From: a virus
Taxonomy: Duplodnaviria; Caudoviricetes
Virus record (IMG/VR): IMGVR_UViG_3300020365_000050
Coordinates: 1 to 37,535 of that record
DNA length: 37,535 nt
Direction: 5' to 3' (one strand)
Shown: positions 12,601 to 21,600 of the stretch, one piece after another
Position numbering within the stretch: position 1 is the first letter of the stretch
How the letters are laid out: every line of letters starts with the position of its first letter
Position numbers and translations under genes: made by a program
The notes under the pieces: model-generated
Told to the model about the DNA's origin: nothing
Databases searched by the model: none
Seen by the model: only the letters and a program-made list of their open reading frames with translations

Positions 12601-15600
12601 AGAATCCACCATTATTAACAATTCTAATATCACCAATAGATCCGACTGCCTTTTCAGAGCTCGTAGTATAGGTAGTATTTAATCTTTCAGCATCACCTTC
12701 AGGTTCTGTGTCAAGGACAAATCTAAATGTATCATCACCTCTTGTAATAGTGCCTCCAGAGGTAGACTCAACAGTAAACACACCAATATATGGGGAGGGG
12801 ACAATATCTAAGAAACTATTGGGATCGATAGGAGAATTCGCACCTGTTCTGGAAGGATCAAAGTAGTAAGAAATATTTGTAACAATATCATTATCAACTT
12901 TCAGTTTGACCGAAGGAGTTGGTTGCCCTTCACCAGTAACACCAGGAGTGCCAATTCTTTCAATAGAGTTGAAAGAATATTCAAGTTTATTGAGACTATC
13001 TTTAGAGAAAGACAGATTTCCACCAAGCATACTGGAATGACTGACATCAAAGATGTATTGATGTCCATAATACATTTTGATGATTGGAGATTTAGCAAAT
13101 ACTGAGACATTGCCAGGCGTTGTTGCAGGCAATCCAACAGCAGTATTTTTTAACTTATATGTAAACTCTTTTACACTAATTACAGTATCAACAGTAAATG
13201 ATCCATTGTATTCATCATAAACTACACCACCACTTTGAGTAGTTGGATTACCATCAACGTAAATTACATTACCCTGATTCAAATAATGAGAATCTCCTGT
13301 AATAACATAAACAGTATCACTATTGCTAACTGCGGTTACTTGTAGAATTTTTTCTAAGTCTGTAATTAAATCAATTTTAGTTACAGCAGTCAATCCAGTA
13401 ATTTGAATTGTGGATTTTGCAGTATTAAAAGTAATATTTCCAGTAGGAACTTCAACAACAGATCCAGGGATATATGTAGAAGTGCCAGAGGTTTCTAAAA
13501 TTCTAATGCGATAAACACTAGGACCATATTCTTTGAATTTTCCATATTCATCTAAATTGTTTGTGCCGCCAATATCTTCTGGAGCATCATAATCACTTAG
13601 ATCAATATTAAAAGTGCCAGGAGTAGTATTTACTACTTCCGAAAATTCATACGCTACAATTTCATTAATATCATTTACAAGAGGACCTTTAACGCCATAA
13701 GTTTCTTGCTCATCAAATCTTTCAGTGCTTAATTGTCCTGTAGTTAAATCATTATTCCAAGGATTGTTATTAATTGCAACAAATACATATCTATTTGTTT
13801 TATCTACAGATGTGACATAACCACTATTAACAAAGGTGGATCCATCGTTTAATACCAACTTAGATCCGACAGTAACGTTAAACGATTGATTCAAAGTAAG
13901 TCTTTGAATATTATCAATCTTGATTGTATCTGCTTGCTTGAAGAAATATCTATTTTTAACTACTGCAGAAGCTTGGACTTTCTGAGATCCTGGAGCAGGA
14001 ATAGTTGCATTTCTAGAAGACCAAATGTCAACCGAAACTGTTGATGACCCATTAGCATTTGTATGTCCAGTGTTTGCTTCATTATAATCGAGAGATTGTA
14101 ATCCACTAGCACCCAATTCAAAAGAGACATTAGAAATAGTCAAACTATTTCCTGTTACAGGTGTTACATTTACTCTCTCATACGAAACATCGGTAGAAGT
14201 CAAGACTCCTTGATCACCAATTCTTACCGAATCTGCATCTTTATCTACTTTTAAACCAAAACCGATATGATCTACATAATCGTAACGAGCAGTTTGATCA
14301 GTAAACCAAGCATCATCTGTCCAGTCATATGCAAGACCAAAAGATGCTGCTGGAGGTAATGTAGTAACGTCAGTAGGAACAGTTGGTGTTACAGCAATAT
14401 TTCTTAGTCTTAGGTTATCGACGTAGAACTGTCCCTGCTCATTAGATCTAAATGTTCCTGCAGTGCCATCTCTACCAGCAATCTGACCAAGATAGAAATT
14501 CTTAGATCCTAAAGATGTGTTTGTGATAGATCCAGTAAAGACTTGTGTGCCATTTACATAAGCAGTAAATGTATTTGCACTCTTAGTAAGACTTATAAAC
14601 TGCCAACTATCATCAGCAAACATATTTGTTTGAGTTGACTGCAAGACACCGCTACCACTATTAATAGAAGTGGCATTATTAGTTACTAGCAATTCTAGTC
14701 TTCCAGAAGACATATCATAATACATCCACAGACCACCTGTAGAATCAGTTGCATCACCAATAGAAATTAGAGTCTGTTGAGTTTGAGAGAAAGTTGCAGA
14801 GTTAGTTGCATCTTTATAAAGCATAAACTCAAGAGTCCAATTATTGGCAAATACACTACCAAGAGAAGAACCAGCAATATTGATGTTTGCATTGGTCCAA
14901 GTAGAAGGATTAGCAACATCTTTAGCAAATAGTTTTGCTACACCATCACCTACAAGTGCTAGAGCATCTGTAGCATCATTACCCTGAAGGTTTGCGGTAT
15001 AGTGAGCGGTTTTGTCTGTAGCAGTATCAGTTTGACTAAAATCAAATACAAACTCATTACGGTTGATTGATGTCTGTCCAAAGACATAAACATCACCAGA
15101 GTTATCAACATCAATAGTGGTTGCCGTAATACCTTCAATATTATTATCGGTTGTAGTAGATGTATTGAATTTATTTGTTGTATGATTTACAATTTTACCT
15201 TTATAATCAATTTTAACTGAAGATGCAGTTAATTGACCTGTTGTAATATTTTCTTCCGTATATGCAACGTTTAGATTACCAAAAATATCAATTGCAGTTG
15301 TATTAACAACATTAATATCTCTAGATGGTGCAGCATACCTATAATTCCAAATTAAATCTGCATCAACATCAAATTTACCAACCCAGAAACTATCTTTAGT
15401 TGTATTATTAGTTTTTTGTCTTAGTGTTGCAGTTACATATAATTCATTATATTCATCAATAGTAAAACTAGAATCGATAAAAGAATATGCAGAATTTGAT
15501 ACTTTATTGAGATAGTTTGTTGTGACTAAAGTAGTAGAAACTGTTGCTTTACCCAAAACAAGAGAAATATCATTCGATGTTGCGGTATCAGCAACTTCCA

Positions 15601-18600
15601 TCAGGAAATAGAGGTGACCATTATTTTCAAGTAAATCTACAATTTTTTCAGAATCAGAATCTGTAGCAAACTTTCTCTTAATAACAAATGTGCCTGCAGT
15701 GTCCAAAACTGCAACAAATGCATCGTGAGGATTAGAGGAGTTTGTATTTGTAAAACCACCGATTACAAATCTCTCATTTGTAAGTTTAATTAAAGATGTT
15801 ACATTATCTTCTCTGGTAGATCCAGAGATACCAGAATATGCTTTCTGGAAGCTTAGAGTTGCATCCAATCCATCAGCAGATTGTACGTATTTTACAAATA
15901 TAATATCAGGGTTATAAGAATCCTGAATTGCTTGATTAGGTCTATTATTACCAACAACGTAAATATCATTTCCATCTACAAGGAGTTTTTCAAACTCCAA
16001 ATAGGTTGTACCAGAAGGAAGACTAGACTCTAATGTTTTCTCCCATTCTTTAATACCAAGTGCTGAGATTTTACTAACAAAACCTACAGTATCTCCCTGA
16101 GCATCTAAAGTCTTACCACACAGAATGACTTCTTTAGATTCAGTTACTACAATATCATTGATTTTGACATAATCATTATTTGAGAATAAAGTTGTGTAGT
16201 AATTTGCCTTTTTGAAGATCTGAGGATGAGATGAAAGAATTCTAGGATTATTTGTAAATCCATGACCAGAATTGATAATATCAAATTCAGAAATACTTCC
16301 TACAGAAGTTAATTTTGCTTCAATAACTGCATTTTCGCCATCACCGTCAATGGTAATTACGGGAGGAATATCTACATTATATCCACTACCATTTTGAGTA
16401 ACTACAATCTCTTCAACACCTTTATACTGACGTGCAGTAAAGGTTTTATTAGTGTTGTCCATGATAGGAGTGTAGTCAACAAAGACTCGATCTCCCGTGA
16501 CAATATTATGGGGAACTGTAGTTGTTAAAATTCCGTAACTAATACTTTCAACAGTTTCATAAGTATATGATTGTACCTCTTCACCTTTAATTCTGGAAAT
16601 TCTAGCAGAAATACCAGTACCGTCAGTGTCAGTGTTATCAAATACTAGGATATCGTTAACCTGATAATTCTGACCTGGATTTTCAATAATAAAACCACTT
16701 ACAGATGCATCTTCAAACTTTTCAATAGTTTGTACTTCAATATCAACTTTAGAGTCAAATCTAACTTTAGGGAAATAATCATAAAGTTGTAAAGGAGACT
16801 CTTCAAAAAGTTGCTCAGGATCATCAATCTCATCTTGACTGATTACGCCATCTCTATTTTCGTCTTCGGGATCAAACAGTAAGATAAATCCATCTTCAGT
16901 TGTTAAAGCATTTGAAGATGCGTTTGGAATTCTCTCTACATCAATATCGACATTTTCATATGGATCTCTATATCTAACAACACCAGTAGGAATATTCTGC
17001 TGGATTGACGAAGTGCTTAAATTCCAAGTATCAACAATAGAATTATAATCAGGACCAAGAATATATGGGAATACTGGATTTCCAGACTCTGTTGCATCAA
17101 TAGTTACAAAATAACAATATCTTCCATTTGGAAAATCTGGTGTTTTACAGAATCTGCCATTATATTGATCCAGATCACCAGAACCAAAATTATATTCATA
17201 GTCATCAACAAATTTACCTGCAGCATCATCTGCTAATAAAGGTCCATCGACTCTAGATGGAGTTGGATTTGTAATCTCATTATACACTAAATTTGTCTTC
17301 AATGCATATGAAGATCTCATTCTAATAACGTTAGATCCCTGATCTGTAGGATCTTCATATGAATAAGGTCCATAAATTGGATTGCCATCAAATGCCCATC
17401 CAATAATAGGTGAGTGCTCAATTTGAGTTTCTTGCTCAACAATTTGATCGTTGTCATTTAAAATCAAATTATCACCAAGAATATATCTCAGTCGTTGAGG
17501 ATTGGAGACATGAGCATATTCTCCACCATATTGATTATTAATTCCCTCAAAAATAAATCCTTTTGCAGAGTCCTTTTCTGTGGTTTCTTCAAGGTTATAA
17601 GTCCATTCAAAAACATTAGAATCGAATACAGCACCATCACCAACTGAGGTTAGAAGAATTTCTGTCAATCCTTGAGTATATCCAATACCCCTATTTGTGA
17701 TTTCAATACTAGTAACTTTACCAGCATTTTCACCATCTAAATCAATCGTAGCTTTTGCTACTGCACCAAAACCATCTCCCGAAATTGAAATTTCAGGTGC
17801 TGTTGTATATCCAGATCCACCAGAGATGATAGCGATAGAAATAATTCTACCATTTGACACAATTGCTTGAGCAACAGCACCTGATCCAGAACTTAAAGTA
17901 ACTTCAGGTTTTGATGTGTAACTAGATCCACCACTAGTAATAGAGACACTCTTTACTGGACCTCTAACAGAAGCATTGCCCTGTGCCCCAGTTCCGCCAC
18001 CACCAACAATAGTAATAGATGGTTTGGAAGTATAACCCACACCACCATTATTAACAAGAATTCTAGATACGACTCCCTTGGTGACAATAGCAGTAGCAGA
18101 TGCGCCAGATCCACCTCCACCAACAATAGAAACTAGAGGAGATGAAGTGTAACCAGATCCACCAGCAGTAACTTCAATCTCAGTAAGAGAACCATCAACT
18201 ACAACTTCCGCTTGAGCTCCTGATCCTCCACCACCAGAAACGGTAATGACAGGAGGTCTCTCAGCATCATAGTTTAATCCAGAATTTTTAATATCAATAG
18301 AAGTTACTGCACCAAAAGTTTTCTTTTGAGTTGACTTATAAGACCATGCAGATACACCATTAATCCAAGTGCCGATAGATCCTGGAATAATAGTGGTTTT
18401 TGTAGAAATAGTTTGTGTTGACAGGGGGAATCTATTCAACTTCCTTTGATTACCAGGAAGAAGTGCAGATCCAACAAATGGTCCAATATTATAGTTAGGA
18501 ATACCCGTGGATGCAACATAAACGTACTCATCATTAAAGAATGAATTTTGTACGTTTGTAGTATACAGAGAAATAATATTCTGAATAGCAACATCTGTTG

Positions 18601-21600
18601 ACTTACCTTTATTCAAGTCAACAGAGATCAAAATATTACCTTGAGGATTTACCGTTGCAGGTTGAGGTAAAACATATTGGAATACAGTTGGAGAATCCCT
18701 AGAAGTTACGAGGAAGGTGCCGTTGTAAATAATTGGATTTGCACCATAAATTGTAACTTGATCACCAACCAATAAACCATGTGGAGCACTACAAGTTACA
18801 GTTGCAGATTGATTATTTACGCCACCATAAGTAATAGAATCAATTTCAATTAGTTTTTTGACATTATACAACCAATCAGTTAACTGAGGTAAGGTAGTGG
18901 TGCCACCTAATTTAGAAACTGATAGTTTATCACCTGGCAGATAATAAGATCCTGTATCAGATAAAGTTGTTTGTTGAGCATCAACAATACCAACAATATT
19001 CAATACAACTTCATCAGCAGTGTCTTTATTGATATAGATTTTGAAATTAGACTTAACCTCAGAAGCAGCATCCCAAACTTGAGCATTAGAATCAACACCT
19101 CTAGTACATTCGATAAACTGATTCAAAGATTTTTCTTTGTATCTAACAACTTCACTACCAGCAATTACAAATTCACCGTTTCTTTCAGGCCATCCAATTG
19201 TAGAGTCAACAGTAATAACACCAGAGGTTTCAGACAATCCTTCAACGAGTTTAGTCTTATATGGTACAATAAAGTTACCAGTAATAGTTTCTTCAGATAA
19301 TACTAATTCAAAAATCTCAACATCAGATGTCTTAATTGAAATGTAGTTTTCTACAAGAGCACTTGCATTTTGTACATTTGGATCAGTAATACTTTCAAAC
19401 TGTTGAACTAAAGCGTCTTTAATTTTAGTTGGATCACCACTTTCTAAAGTAGCTCTTAAAATTGTATTTACAGACCAAGTTGCAGAAGATGGTTTGATAA
19501 TTTGATCTTTAGGATATGAGATGCTGACATCTTCACCATAAAGAAGTTTGAATAAATATGCAACACTAAACGAGGTGCCTTTTGTTGAATAAAAAGTTTT
19601 GATGTTTTTAATTGCTGTTCTAACATCAATACTTTCATAATCTAGTGAAGGAACGTCAGGCAAGTATTGCTCAGTATACTTATCAAGTAGTCTCTTGACA
19701 AACAATTCATCTAAGCACTTGATTTCCGAGTCTGTGCTATGAGATTGTGCAGTAGTCTCTCCAGAGAAGACAACTTCTCCCCCAGTAGTATAACCTTTGA
19801 TTCCACTAGCTGCTCTAGCACAACCAGAAAACTTACACTTACTATAACCAGATCCTTTACTAATTACTTTAAAACCAGTAACTTCACCCAATCCAATTTC
19901 AACAGAAGCACTGGCATTTGGAGGAGACTGGATTACAATTTTAGGAGGATTTGACTGACTATATCCACTACCAAAACTAGTAACATTAATATCAGTAATT
20001 TGACCGTTGAAAATAGCAGCTGAAGCTTTAGCACCAGTACCACCAATAGATGCACCTACATCATTTACTCTGTCATCTACAATATAAACTGAAGGGATAT
20101 CATCATATCCACTACCACCACTTAGCAATTCAATGTCAATAACTCTTCCGTCAGAGTCAACCTTAGTTTCTAAAATCTGTGCCCCTACAGGATCAATAAT
20201 TGCAATTCTAGGAACAGTCTCATACCCCTGGCCAGCGTTTAAAGTATCAATACGAAGAATTGATCCATCATCATCCAAAACCGCCACTAAAGACGCTTTA
20301 ATCGGGTTGTCACCAGTTGGTTCATCAATATAAACCGTAGGTGCAGTTGTATAACCCTGACCCTTGTTAGTAACTTGCACATCACCACTGATAGATCCAT
20401 TAACAATGGTAGGTGCTGCTAATTTTGCACCGCCAGGTTGAATAAAAGTGACTCTGGGAACAAAAGTATATCCACTACCAGAATCTTCAACGACTAATTC
20501 AGATACAGATCCATCAACAACTTTTGCAGAAATTTTTGCTGTTGTACCACCAATTTTTGTGGGATCTTGAATATTTACGGTAGGAGGGTTTGTAGTACTA
20601 TACCCCTTTCCACCAGAAAGAAGTTGGATATTTTTAATACCATTGATGAGGGGAATGGCAGATGCATTAGATCCACTTTTTGATTTGATACTAACCTTTG
20701 GTGGATATTCAAATCTATAATCAGATCCAGTTTGATCAATTTGAATAGAACTCAACTGACCCAAATCATCAACTCGGGAAAAACCAATTGCTCCCGTGCC
20801 AAAAGATGGAATTGCTGCTTCAATTGAGAATAAATCTAATCTTCTTCCAATTAAAGGAATAAAGTTAAATGTAATTGTTGTTAGGTCAAATGTAAAATCA
20901 ATTTTAGGTGTTAAAATTTGACCATCATAGATTGCAATAATATATTCATCAACAACAGGTTGATAAGGGGCACTATTTCTAGTGATATTGAATGTAGTTC
21001 TATTATCACCAAAAGTTTCTGAGATATCATCCAATACAAGAATACTATTCTCAGAAAAACCTTCTAAGAAAGTAATAGAAGTATCTACAGAATCATCAGC
21101 AACAGTTTTTGCTCTAGGAGCATTCGTAAATACAATATTGCTAGATTCTACGTTATAATCAACATTAGGAATTAAAACCTTTCCATAAACTTTGACAATA
21201 AGATGCTGTGCCGAAGATGGAGTTACTGGATTTTGCTGAGAAAGTAGAGAAAACGTTCTTTCAGTGCCATTAAAATCATTAATTGGATTAGCAAGAGTAG
21301 TCCACTTGACTTTTATCTGATCATAAGAAATACCAGGACTTAAAGCAACACTAGGAGAAGGAATTGCCTCTTCATAAAAAATTACTTCATTATTAATTAA
21401 AACACTTCCGTTTTTATCTAAAAATGAGTCTACGTTTTCAACAACAATTTCAGTATCTGTTGCAGATACATCTTCTACAATTTTTGTCTTACCACCAAGG
21501 ATATCAACATTCAATTCATCAATATTTAAATATTGAAGAAAATCATTTAGGATATTTTGACCATAACCTGTTTTTTCTTGAGATTTGTAGTAATACTCAA

